In this document: piece by piece, positions 35,785-46,249 of the stretch
How the letters are laid out: each line of letters begins with the position of its first letter
Numbering within the stretch: the stretch's first letter is position 1
Assembly (NCBI GenBank): GCA_002256025.1
Contig: NKIB01012462.1
Span: forward strand, 1 to 64,000
DNA from: Asterionella formosa
Lineage: Eukaryota
DNA: 64,000 nt
Direction: 5' to 3'
Notes under the pieces: generated by a model
Told to the model about the DNA's origin: nothing
The model's input: only the letters and a program-made list of their open reading frames with translations
Databases searched by the model: none
Program-made: the position numbers and the translations under genes

Positions 35785-36839
35785 TGTGAGTACATACCGG
35801 TAGCTAAGTTAATACTTACATACATATATACCGGTATGTATATGGTAGAAGGACCTGCAGGCTGGAGTACCACCCTGTACGTATGATACGGTAACTGGTA
35901 CCTGGTAGTCGTTGTACATGGTGCCATGATCACCAGGTTCAAAGCATTATTGGACTGATTGGACTCATATTCGAGTCCACAGTCCTCATGACTCGTGACA
36001 TCCATGATCATGATTGATGCTACGTATGACTGACTGGTTAGGAAATACCAGTATCCAATCTTGAGCGATGCTTCGTATGCCAGGTAACCATTGAGACTCA
36101 ACATACATACTGTAGCCACTAAGATATCCAAATAGACCTTGAAGCGACCACGTACGTGATGTGTATGACACGTAATTTACTTATCTTTTAGCTTGTGTGA
36201 TGACGTCGACTCAAGGTAAATGACGTCATTCGATATCACACGACACTGGATCGTATGTACCGGTACATACCGGTAGGAGTATTGCTTTGTATTGGCATCG
36301 TGCTGTACCTTGATTTATACCTAGGTACGGTGTACCTGCGTACCTGCACATTCAAACTGGTACATAGAGTTTCCTTCTAATTATGTTGCTAGGCAATAAT
36401 ATATTACCATGAGATGTGAGTTGAATGGATGATGTACGCATACCGGTACATAAAAGACGGTACCTGGTACATTGGACCAGGTACCGTACTAGTATACAGT
36501 GGATTAGTACCGGTATGATAGTAGTCAACATGTTGTCTTTCTCGTCAGTTCACAAGTAAAAGCATCAATCCTCAATTGTACAGCCATCTGGAGAAAATAA
36601 TACCCGGTAGAATATATATCCTGCATTTCCGAGTACCGGTATACCAGTATATATTTTTTTCTGCACACATTCCATCATTTCCGATTCTTCGTTCATTTCT
36701 TCATTTGGCATTTTTGCTTAACCGTCCATTCCGCCGTCGAATACAGCATACGCCGATTCTCGATTGATTAACGACAGAAGTAACAGCGAAAGAGAGGTAA
36801 TAGTAGAACTTTCAAACAAGCCCACCAAACCCGAACAAA

Positions 36840-39653
36840 ATGAAACATGCGTTCATACTAATAAATGCATTCGCCCTGATGTTGCCCTCCACTGGCGCCT
36901 TTTCAACTCGACATATTACCAATGCAGCCGGACACCCACGAATACGATCCCTCCAGCAGACTGCTCAAGACGAAGACAGCATCGCCCGCCGCTCATTTCT
37001 GGCGGGACTGGCACTCCTGACGATTACCCCGGCAGTCGCCGCTGAGTTGCCCTGGGAACAATCACCAGTCAACAAACGCAGTGGTGTCACCGTCTTTGAT
37101 GCCGAGCGAGATGGGTACACTGTACGATTTGTCACATATTTGTCACGATTTTTACTTAATTTTGATGACGATTGTCAGAGGTGGTGGTATAGTCGAGCGG
37201 CTGACCTTCCGCGACGAGGGACAGCGGCGGAAATCGACGCCATGCGACTGATGCAATTTGGTGCCTTTAGTGCCAGTGTCGAAGTGGGATTGCAAGAGTA
37301 TCGAGGTCCTGATGGACCGCGAAGACTCATGGCGAGTTTGCTACGGAGGTATGGTCCTGATCCAGATAAATTGGTGGAGGAACGTGAGGCGAGGGGACTG
37401 GAACCGTGGACGGAGTCTACTTTGGCGAGGGAGGGGAGAGAGATTAAAGAAGCTAGACGACAAATCGCCTTGTTGATGGGTTTGATAGAGCAGAGGCAGC
37501 CAGTGGAAGAAATTACAAAGCTGCTGGCGGCGATTGACAATGGGGCAATTGATAAGGTGGAGATTGTCGATCCAGGATCTGGATATGCGCCAGGGTATGG
37601 GAGTCCACTTGTGGTGTTTCCGCCACCTGAAGCTGGAGATAATTATCAGCGAGCGGCAGGTAGAGCAGTGCTAAAACCCAATGGAAAGATTTTGAGAATA
37701 GATCTCGTTAACCGAGGCTTTGGCTACGCCAAAACTCCAATTGTTACCATTTCGCCTCCCGCAGCTTTGATGAAGGAACAAGGGAGCAAGACGACCGCAA
37801 ATTCTACCATGTGCACTGCAACTGCCACAGCCTTGCTTTTTCGTACAGGGGTCAATAAGGGAAGAATTGAGCGCATTCAACTGACAGACCCTGGTGCTGG
37901 TTATACCAAGGACGAAACAATTCGCATCAAATTTACATCTCCAGAAATGGCACCTGCTGACGGTGGCACGATAGCAACAGCTATCGCTGTCTTGGAATAT
38001 GAAGTGGGGGCCATTGAAATGACGAATGGGGGATCTGGATATGCGGTGGAGAAACCTATCAATGTCTATGTAGAGCCTCCTCCTCTCACGGCTCGTGTCA
38101 ACATGAATGACCCAATGATGGCACGGATCTTTGCACCCAACGAACCTCTTCCCGCATCAACTGTCCCCACAAAGGAAATGCGTAAAAAAATGCCTAAAGA
38201 CAACGACCCAACATCCCTGGCGGCACGAGCAGAAAGAGATGCCATAAATGATGGTAATGGTGGAGGTGGTGGTTGTATTGGGAGAGCCTGTTATGATCGG
38301 GCTGTACAAGCCGTGGCATATCCAAGAGCCGAGATGTATTCTTACACAACCTTTCAGAATCCAGAAGATACCATGAAGGTGCAAAAGGTGGAAGCTGCGA
38401 TTCGAACACGATCATCGGCTAGTGTACCAACCTGGACGGACACTTCCTATAATCCCAAACAGCCGAAGAAGGTTGTCAGCGCCACAACAAGTGGTCCTGA
38501 AAGTTCTCTACCTTCTCTCCCTTCTTGGGGTGGAGGATCATCCTCCTCCGCACAGCTACTATCCCTGCTGCCTTCTGGGATCGGTCTTGAGTATGATAGG
38601 GTTTTGAAACGATATCGACTGGGATCAGGTGATGGCATGCCAGACTGGACACAAGCACCTTCATCCACCAAACCGTTGGATCCAGAGTTTGGTCCTCGGG
38701 GTAGGTCGCCTATCGAACGTGACATGAAGTTGGGATTCGACACATATCTTCGCTTTTGTGCCTCCGGAGCCATTTGTTGTTCAGCTGTACACTTGGCGCT
38801 TACACCAATTGATGTCGTCAAGACCAAAGTGCAGACAAATCCGATCAAATATCCCGGAGTTATTTCTTCATTCCAGAAGGTTTTGAAGGAAGAGGGGCCT
38901 GGAACATTTTTCACTGGTTGGGCTCCCACTTTTACTGGTTTCTTTCTCTGGGGCGGATTCTCCTATACTACAACTGAATTAATTCGACGATATTTGATCG
39001 AAGCTGCAGGAACGGATGCTTCGGCTCTAGAGGTTCCTATTATCCTGGTAGCTTCCAGCGTTGGAGCCTTTTTTGGATCCTTCCTTATTTGTCCATTTGA
39101 AGCAGTTCGCATCAGAACAGTTTCCCAGCCAGGTTTTGCACCAAATTTTGTGGGTGTATTGAAGAGAATTATTAGGGATGAAGGACTCCTGTCACTGTTT
39201 ACTGCTGTTCCAGTCTTCATGGTAAAGGAAATTCCCTTTGCCATGGCAAAATTTACTGTCTTTGATTTAAGCACAGAGTGGATGTACGAGACGTTTCCAG
39301 CAGCTCGTGAAGATCTCCAACTCTCCTTGTTAGTGAGCTTAATCGGAGGTACTTTGGGTGGAATCACAGCAGCGTTTGTGTCCAACCCTGCAGATGCAAC
39401 AATTTCTGAAATGAAAAAGGCTGCCACAAAGGTGGGTCCTGTCACTTTTGCCAGAATCATTTGGAAGAGGGGTGGACCATCAGCATTTTTCAAGGGGTTG
39501 CAGCTCCGGATGTTTTTCTATTCATTGCTTGTTAGTCTTCAGTTTTTGGTCTATGACTCAGTTCGATTTGCCTTGGGCATTGGATCCGATGACTTGAAAT
39601 TGTACTTAGATGTCCTGGGTGGGGCCTTGAGTGAGAATGGAGGATCTGTTTAG
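36840..39653 (+). CDS. Predicted plastid-targeted fusion: long N-terminal domain with 4 GSGY repeats plus a mitochondrial-carrier (phosphate carrier-like) domain
   Basis: 937-aa ORF; TGA-FST cleavage motif; RRSFL..AVAA; carrier motifs PIDVVKTK, CPFEAVRIR, NPADATIS, KEIPFAMAKF. Confidence 0.9.
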   Translation: MKHAFILINAFALMLPSTGAFSTRHITNAAGHPRIRSLQQTAQDEDSIARRSFLAGLALLTITPAVAAELPWEQSPVNKRSGVTVFDAERDGYTVRFVTYLSRFLLNFDDDCQRWWYSRAADLPRRGTAAEIDAMRLMQFGAFSASVEVGLQEYRGPDGPRRLMASLLRRYGPDPDKLVEEREARGLEPWTESTLAREGREIKEARRQIALLMGLIEQRQPVEEITKLLAAIDNGAIDKVEIVDPGSGYAPGYGSPLVVFPPPEAGDNYQRAAGRAVLKPNGKILRIDLVNRGFGYAKTPIVTISPPAALMKEQGSKTTANSTMCTATATALLFRTGVNKGRIERIQLTDPGAGYTKDETIRIKFTSPEMAPADGGTIATAIAVLEYEVGAIEMTNGGSGYAVEKPINVYVEPPPLTARVNMNDPMMARIFAPNEPLPASTVPTKEMRKKMPKDNDPTSLAARAERDAINDGNGGGGGCIGRACYDRAVQAVAYPRAEMYSYTTFQNPEDTMKVQKVEAAIRTRSSASVPTWTDTSYNPKQPKKVVSATTSGPESSLPSLPSWGGGSSSSAQLLSLLPSGIGLEYDRVLKRYRLGSGDGMPDWTQAPSSTKPLDPEFGPRGRSPIERDMKLGFDTYLRFCASGAICCSAVHLALTPIDVVKTKVQTNPIKYPGVISSFQKVLKEEGPGTFFTGWAPTFTGFFLWGGFSYTTTELIRRYLIEAAGTDASALEVPIILVASSVGAFFGSFLICPFEAVRIRTVSQPGFAPNFVGVLKRIIRDEGLLSLFTAVPVFMVKEIPFAMAKFTVFDLSTEWMYETFPAAREDLQLSLLVSLIGGTLGGITAAFVSNPADATISEMKKAATKVGPVTFARIIWKRGGPSAFFKGLQLRMFFYSLLVSLQFLVYDSVRFALGIGSDDLKLYLDVLGGALSENGGSV

Positions 39654-39984
39654 AAGTGCATTATTGCCTAAACCAAAAAGGGTAGTTTTGGTTTGAATTG
39701 AGCTTGGGAAATTGTGAATTATTTGAAATCCAGAGTGAATGTCCAGCAGGGCCATGATATCCTTGATAGAAAATTGTCTACCATAGAGTGTAACGACATC
39801 CCTTGTTTTGACCTCATGTTGGGAGGTGCTATGATTTATTGAGACACCTCCTCATTCATAGACTACATACTGAAATACTTTGTAAGACATAGTCATTCTA
39901 GAGCTACTGCTTGCCTAAATTTGTATGTAAAAAATTAAAATTGAACTACGGATTTACACATGGAATTTTTATAGCATGGCTTGC

Positions 39985-40265
39985 AACAAGTCTGTGCGCT
40001 TCCCTAGTTTTGTTAGCATAGGTGAGTCCCCAACCATCTTTTGCGAAAGGTGACTATCTTAGCCGCAGCATTAGGGGAAACTCCGACCATCTAGGAAGGC
40101 GGCACACTGCTTGAAGGGGGACAACCCACTTTTCCGGGCAAGACGATGTGGAATGGTGAGGAGTGTGGGAGTCGAACCCAACAATGGCTTCTCAAAAAAT
40201 TGTGGGAATCGAACCACACAACTTGAAATCAAAGGCAAGGTGCCCAACCAACTGAGCCATTCCCC
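39985..40265 (-). mobile_element. tRNA-derived SINE-like repeat, copy 1
   Basis: Minus strand GGGGAATGGCTCAGTTGG (A box)...GGTTCGATTCCC (B box)...GGGTTCGACTCCCACACTCCTCACCA; body shared with 48878-49142. Confidence 0.65.
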
Positions 40266-40864
40266 TTGCTTGGATTGTACACAAATAAAACAATAATCCC
40301 AGTGGTGACTGATAATTTCAGATGCAGGTTGTTGCAAGGGGGAAACATGTCTCTGATTATAGTAGTGCTTCCTTCATCCTGATTACCATGACTGTGGATT
40401 ATTAATACCTGGAACAGAGAAATACTCTGGCAATACCTGTGCCAAACTGAAGACCTTGGTCATTTGGTACAAACATGAAGGTGATGCGCTGATCCCAACA
40501 ACAAGACAGAATCTATTAACCCAGTACCTTGATATAAATCGCAGAGAAGATCAGATACTGCAAATTCCAAACATAATGACGTCTGATAGCAGAGGAGAAT
40601 GATGCTACAACATTGACAAAGGTGGGAGAAGATGCGCAAGTGAGTCTGGTATTTTTATATCGTTTTCCGACATATTCTAGAAGTATGCTAGAATCGATCC
40701 CCTCTTTCGCCCTTTGGCACGACATTAGTTAGTTCATTAAGCTACATGAGAATCAGATCATTTATTTACTTAAACATATCATATTAACTGAGATCTATCC
40801 ATTTTAAAAGTGACAAAAACGGTCGAAGCGGCTCAAAGCCATTGATTAAAATTTTACCATACAT

Positions 40865-42694
40865 GTAGTTATTTTTATAGGCGACGGTTAGAAAATATTA
40901 TATCTTTTGCATGTTTTTTGCAGTTGTTGCATCGTTTTTAGACTGATGGTGTTCTTGTTGGTTCTGTCTCCTTATATTTTTTCGCAGTAGTTGTTGCATC
41001 ATTCTTAGACTTGTGGTCCTCGTCCCATCATATCTTGTTGTGTAATAGGAGCAACCAAAGGGTGCTGAGAAAGTGGCGCCATTACAGCAGTTGCAATTGA
41101 AACTGCAGCATCGCCACGCATCATGGTGGCATGGAATCTGGTAAGTAGAAGTTGTTTCGTTGTTGGTAATGTAAGATCGCCTGCTCGCTTGTACCACGTT
41201 GCCATTGTTTTTGTTTGTGCTACTATCCACTCAGCTGGCTGTTTTTTAAGCGATCTGATTGCATAAACCGTTTTTGCAAGCGCCATGTGTGCATCTTTTT
41301 CCAATGCTCTCGCTCACTCTGCACTTCTTCCGCATCCCTCTTCCTTTTTAGCTGGTCATCGACCACTTCAGGACCTAACAAGTAACTGCCTGCAGCGACA
41401 TGAAGACCGGCTGTTTATCGTTCTTTATTGCTTGCAATCGCCCTTAGTACTGCTTCTTTTTGTTGGCAGGCAAGTTTTGTCCAGATCTATTTCGTTTTTA
41501 GCATCCTCACGATTCCGATACTTTACAACCTGATCAACAAGGGTTGCAGTGATGCCTTGGCTCAAGTTTAGTCTGGATGCGGGAATGGAAGAGGCGGGTT
41601 GATTATTGTTTGCTTCTGCTTGTTGATTTGAGGTACTTGTCAGATGAATTTCCGGATGGAGTAACAATTTGTAGTTCAATGGATCCCAACCTCTTTCAGC
41701 AACAGCTGAATGGTTTTTTAGCAATATTGCTGGGCAAAGGATTCATCCCATGCTTTTGACACCAGGTCAACAATATCTTCCTTTTCAACAGCAAATGCAG
41801 CATGGCGCCTTTCCTTTTGGGTGAGTAAGTCTCTTGTGCATTTTGTGAGTTGGATATTTAAACTTGAATTTATAGTCAGGGTAGAAATTGATGAGCTATG
41901 TCCTGCCAAAGACTGCGAATCATTTTTTGTCATAGTAGCATGTAATTGCACTAGTGAATTAGTTAACTTTCCCGCCTGATTTAGCTTCTACAAATGGTAC
42001 TGGACTATTGGTTTTGTTTGCCAAGCCAGTGTAGCTTCCTTCGATGCAACAATATTCGATATTGCACAATATATTAGTTTGCCATTGTTATTTGCCTTTC
42101 AAAGTTTCTTTAAGTGACACTGCAGTCTTATATCCAAAGAAATAGGTATGACCTTGTACTTTTTGGGTGGTTGAGGCTGTTTTCTTGCTGTAGGTTTCAT
42201 TGTTGTTAATGAGATGAACTGCGATTTGCCTCAATTTTGTGTGTGTCAGAAGCAATTTCTGCTGTGAATTACGTAAATTTGGCTCCATTTTTTTGCCTTG
42301 AAGAAATATTGCATTCATTTACTACTAAGAGTGACTAATTGATTAATTTATTGCTATAGTGCATGGTCCATGGCGTTTAAATGCAACTAAATATATATTA
42401 GATATAAAGTTATCTATACAAATGTATATATGTATTTCCAGGAGATGGCGGCTCAGTGGAACAATATTTTTTGTCACTTTTGGCCCGATCGCTACTTTCC
42501 GACACATTTATCTGATTATCCAAAACACAACACCTTATCGACAAGTTGATACCGGTATGTTGTATCTGGCGCAACATCAGGAACAACTTTATCGAGCTAA
42601 AAATAGTCACAACTGAAAAATTAGAAAAATCTATGTCCACATTGTGAATATTATGTATTTTATCGGTAAGTGGCTCAAAGCCATTTTTAACTGG
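40865..42694 (-). mobile_element. Decayed pogo/DDE_1-like DNA transposon, copy 1
   Basis: DIVDLVSKAWDESF, AVAERGWDPLNYKLLLHPEI; terminus TA|CCAGTTAAAAATGGCTTTGAGCCAC; colinear inverted copy at 52656-54568. Confidence 0.75.
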
Positions 42695-43040
42695 TACGAT
42701 AGTTCGTATCCAACATGCAAACTATATAGAATAGGTTAGAACCACGACACATTCAACATTCACAAGGTCCGTGCGAGACATACAGAATATGACTACCCCC
42801 ATCAATCATATACCAGTATTCACATAATATTAATATATACCGGTACCAGGTACCAGGTACCAGAACAAACTACCGGTTCAAGATGGTGTCATCAGTCATC
42901 ATGTGTAGAACGCCGGCCCATTTATTCCCTCCTCCTTTTCTGCATGTAATAAGCCACCACCAGCCCCTCACCTACACATGCACGATAATCAATAGCAAGT
43001 GTTGTAATTGTATGATCATTTTTATTCATCACAAGCCGAA

Positions 43041-44720
43041 ATGCCCATCCTCAACTTTCTGAACCATGAGTTTGCCTCAGTAACTTCGCATTTCGCTCAT
43101 CGGGATGCAACAAGATCTTTATCTAAGAATGATGCAACTATTAATGAAACAGACTGCTCCCGAATATATCCTCTGGAAACCACCTTTGTTTCAGAAACCA
43201 AGGGCTTTGGTTCAATGTTCAACGTACGATCCAAAGAGGCACCTTTGAAGATACTGACGCTGGCGTTTTCAGCTCTTGAGCTAACGGGTGTTCCAGTCGA
43301 TGTGATGGTTTACACCAGATTGGGTGGGTACATAGGGCACGAGGACGCACCATGGGCATGGACATTGATTAGTGAAGCCACGCTCATGACAGCTCCAATA
43401 GGACAAGGAACTCTGATACCCCAAGCGAGTTTCAAATCAGTGGAAATGAATTCCAATGAGACTCGAGCCTTCTATATTACCCTGAAAACCAGGGATTTAA
43501 GGTACTCTATAGCCAAAGGAACAGTTGGCCAAGTGGCGGTTCAGGATGATCATTTACAAATTCACATCGGTTCGGCTATGTTGGAATATCCATTTTCAAG
43601 ATATCTTTTTGAGCCACGAGTCTTCAACGGAATTTTTTACTATGAAGCTCAATTAAATTGCCAAGACTTGCTTCTCACTGCTGAAGTTCCTCTACCGTTT
43701 GTCATTCAGATAGATGATTCATTCATTGAAGCTGTGCTCATCTCCCAAATCAATAATATCCTGAAGGCCTCAGTCATTTCCATCATGAAGACCGACCCAA
43801 AACTCCGACAGCTCCAGAAGTCTTTCGCTCTTTCACTAGTTGATGTCAATACTTCCATTCCGAAATCGTTGCATGTGGCAGCTGTCAGCAGCTGCGAAAA
43901 TAGCTCGAAGAATGGGTGCATTGTTGTTATGACTTCTATTCGCTTTCGACATTTCGATACAATTCAACCAGGGCAAGTTACATACCAGCTGCTCAATCAT
44001 CGCCAGAAATTTATCAACGATCTCAATTTGGGAAACGTTAGAGCCACTTATGTGGGCGCTCTGCCGATGGAGAGCCGTACAGTTTTGACACTGGAAGGTG
44101 TACCGGAGGGAAAACACATGAACCAAAACCAAGTAGCATATTTCGAAGAAGTCACAAGCGCTTTCTTGGCGAAAAGATTGTCGAACACACCGAGTGCCAA
44201 TATTTTGAGTGTTCAAGTAACACATCAAAAGGTCGTCTCTTCAGGAAGGAGACGCTTACGAAGCAGCTCCTCGTTACAAATTTCAACTACTGTAACGGGA
44301 GAGTACCGGCCACCACCATTTGTAGCCCTCGATGGTGTTGTGAGTGATAGTATTGACGGAGGCAGTTCATTGGCAGATGACTTAAAATCGAAGCGAGAAG
44401 TTCCAGGGTTTCTTAAGCCAGGCAATTCTGAATTTTTCGCAAATGTTGATGCTGTTCATACTACACCCCCGTCAATTGTCGCCAAACAAGCTCAGTTGGC
44501 AACGACGAGTCAAGACAAACCAACATTCTATCCTTATTTTAGTTTACCCTTCGCATTCTTGGGCTTGCTTGTAAGTGGTTACATTTTATACAAGAAAAGG
44601 TCCAAGAGAAAGCAATTGCTGGACAAGCAAATGAAAGCGTTGGATGACTTTGGGGGCTGGAACGATCATAATGTGTTGACTGCTGAAGTCACGCCACTTC
44701 ACATTGCAAGAAGGGACTAG
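43041..44720 (+). CDS. Single-pass membrane protein, paralog of 25764-28919 with one beta-rich domain
   Basis: GSMFNVRSK, RAFYITLKTRDLRY, FEPRVFNG, GRRRL, TGEYRPPP; TM FSLPFAFLGLLVSGYILY followed by KKRSKR. First ATG used; the 5' end is uncertain. Confidence 0.85.
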   Translation: MPILNFLNHEFASVTSHFAHRDATRSLSKNDATINETDCSRIYPLETTFVSETKGFGSMFNVRSKEAPLKILTLAFSALELTGVPVDVMVYTRLGGYIGHEDAPWAWTLISEATLMTAPIGQGTLIPQASFKSVEMNSNETRAFYITLKTRDLRYSIAKGTVGQVAVQDDHLQIHIGSAMLEYPFSRYLFEPRVFNGIFYYEAQLNCQDLLLTAEVPLPFVIQIDDSFIEAVLISQINNILKASVISIMKTDPKLRQLQKSFALSLVDVNTSIPKSLHVAAVSSCENSSKNGCIVVMTSIRFRHFDTIQPGQVTYQLLNHRQKFINDLNLGNVRATYVGALPMESRTVLTLEGVPEGKHMNQNQVAYFEEVTSAFLAKRLSNTPSANILSVQVTHQKVVSSGRRRLRSSSSLQISTTVTGEYRPPPFVALDGVVSDSIDGGSSLADDLKSKREVPGFLKPGNSEFFANVDAVHTTPPSIVAKQAQLATTSQDKPTFYPYFSLPFAFLGLLVSGYILYKKRSKRKQLLDKQMKALDDFGGWNDHNVLTAEVTPLHIARRD

Positions 44721-45397
44721 GATCCAAATACTTAGTCCGTTATCCCAATCCTTTTGCGTGAATGTTGCATGCATATGATCATGTTTGTGCCAGGTGGATC
44801 ACTTTTAAGCTGGTATCAAAGCCTCGTTCCATGTGTGCTAACGACATTTTGTAGAAATATTTCCTTAGTCTGGTACCTTCTTACGGGTGCTTCAGTTGAT
44901 TGGGAGCTAGTGCTGGCGGCCATACAAAGACAATTTACAATACGGACTTGAGTGATGGCGTCAGACTAAGTGTGTAATCATTCTTGTTTGAGGTGGGACA
45001 AGCACGGCCGCGATCATCCGAGTTCACTACCTAATTCTGCCGTCCCAAACGAGTAATGACAATGAACCCATGATTGAAGAAACCAATGGCAAAGCACGAT
45101 CATCGCATGAAAGCATATGGTGGCAACAACGTGCAGCGTTACTGCCGATTTCTTGTGACCCCCGTCGTCGTTACAGAGAAGTGAGAGTAGAGCTCCAACT
45201 GTGACCACTTTGGGAGAACCCTGCTGAAGGTCAAAACTGAATAAAGCACCCTTGAAGTCTATGTAGAACAGAATACTTAAAGTCATATGTCGTATTCAAC
45301 TGTAACTGCAATATGCATCAAATGCATAATTGTACAAATTTAGCACATTTTATAGCGGCAAATGATTCATCAGGCATTGATTCAACCTACCTAGAAT

Positions 45398-46081
45398 TTA
45401 CAGCTCGTTATTCATATTCTTGAAATGATCATTAATAGTCTTGGATAGCATTGTGAAAGTGGGATTCACCAAAATCTGCATATGTACACCTTCCTTATCA
45501 ATTACAAACAAATTCGCCTTGTCGGGTCCAAATATTTTCTGTTCCAAAATTTTATTTAGATACACTAACAGGGGGTGGTTCTTGTTCAATCTATTTTCAA
45601 GTACCACCAGTGGGGACGATGATTTTACTTCTAACCTCAACCCATCTTGGCCTTCAAGGGGAATAAAAAGAAGCCGTACTTTATGATTGTAGATTGTATC
45701 GAGATGCTCGAGCGCATCGTACCAGTATTGACCCATACCGGGATAAATGGGAACGGCTGCGACGACCGTGACGTAGCCTATATATTCCTTTAGGTTGACT
45801 TTGCGATCGGCGATATCTTTAAATTCGAAGAAATAAGGATTCATTTGATCAGGATTTTGTTCCACTCCGGAACTAAACGAATTGCTCGGCTGATGTGCCA
45901 AGGAGCAAGTATTGGGGCACAGGAAATAAGTATCGGGGTCTTTCGTGCAATAACCAGCCTTGGCATATTCATCGCATCGTTTACCAGTATCTTCATAAAA
46001 CTTCCTTCTTCCACTTTCATTAGCGAATGTCTTCGAATCAAAGAGGAAGGGGAGTGAAAAGAACAACAATGTTGCCAACAT
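45398..46081 (-). CDS. Secreted/ER protein: ShKT-like Cys domain plus a glutathione-peroxidase-like fold lacking the catalytic Cys/Sec
   Basis: Signal MLATLLFFSLPFLF; CDEYAKAGYCTKDPDTYFLCPNTC; FEFKDIADRKVNLKEYIGYVTVVAAV; FVIDKEG; ends NNEL. Confidence 0.7.
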   Translation of the reverse strand: MLATLLFFSLPFLFDSKTFANESGRRKFYEDTGKRCDEYAKAGYCTKDPDTYFLCPNTCSLAHQPSNSFSSGVEQNPDQMNPYFFEFKDIADRKVNLKEYIGYVTVVAAVPIYPGMGQYWYDALEHLDTIYNHKVRLLFIPLEGQDGLRLEVKSSSPLVVLENRLNKNHPLLVYLNKILEQKIFGPDKANLFVIDKEGVHMQILVNPTFTMLSKTINDHFKNMNNEL

Positions 46082-46249
46082 ATTCAATACAATATAAGGG
46101 ATTATCAATGGCTACGAAGAAATTGATGTTGATCTCGATGTACATAAAACATGAACTACCGGTAATATTTTAAATCATGCGAGTTTAAAAAAAATAGATT
46201 TTTTATTTTGTGATACCGGTATGTTATATTGTGTCGCAGTATACACAAT

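Noticed and set aside
37175..39493. Antisense ORFs here and over other genes
   Set aside because: Shadow frames of real CDSs with no recognisable motifs.
40154..40265. Functional tRNA gene
   Set aside because: Anticodon arm is irregular, the T-arm is duplicated, and it is embedded in a dispersed repeat.
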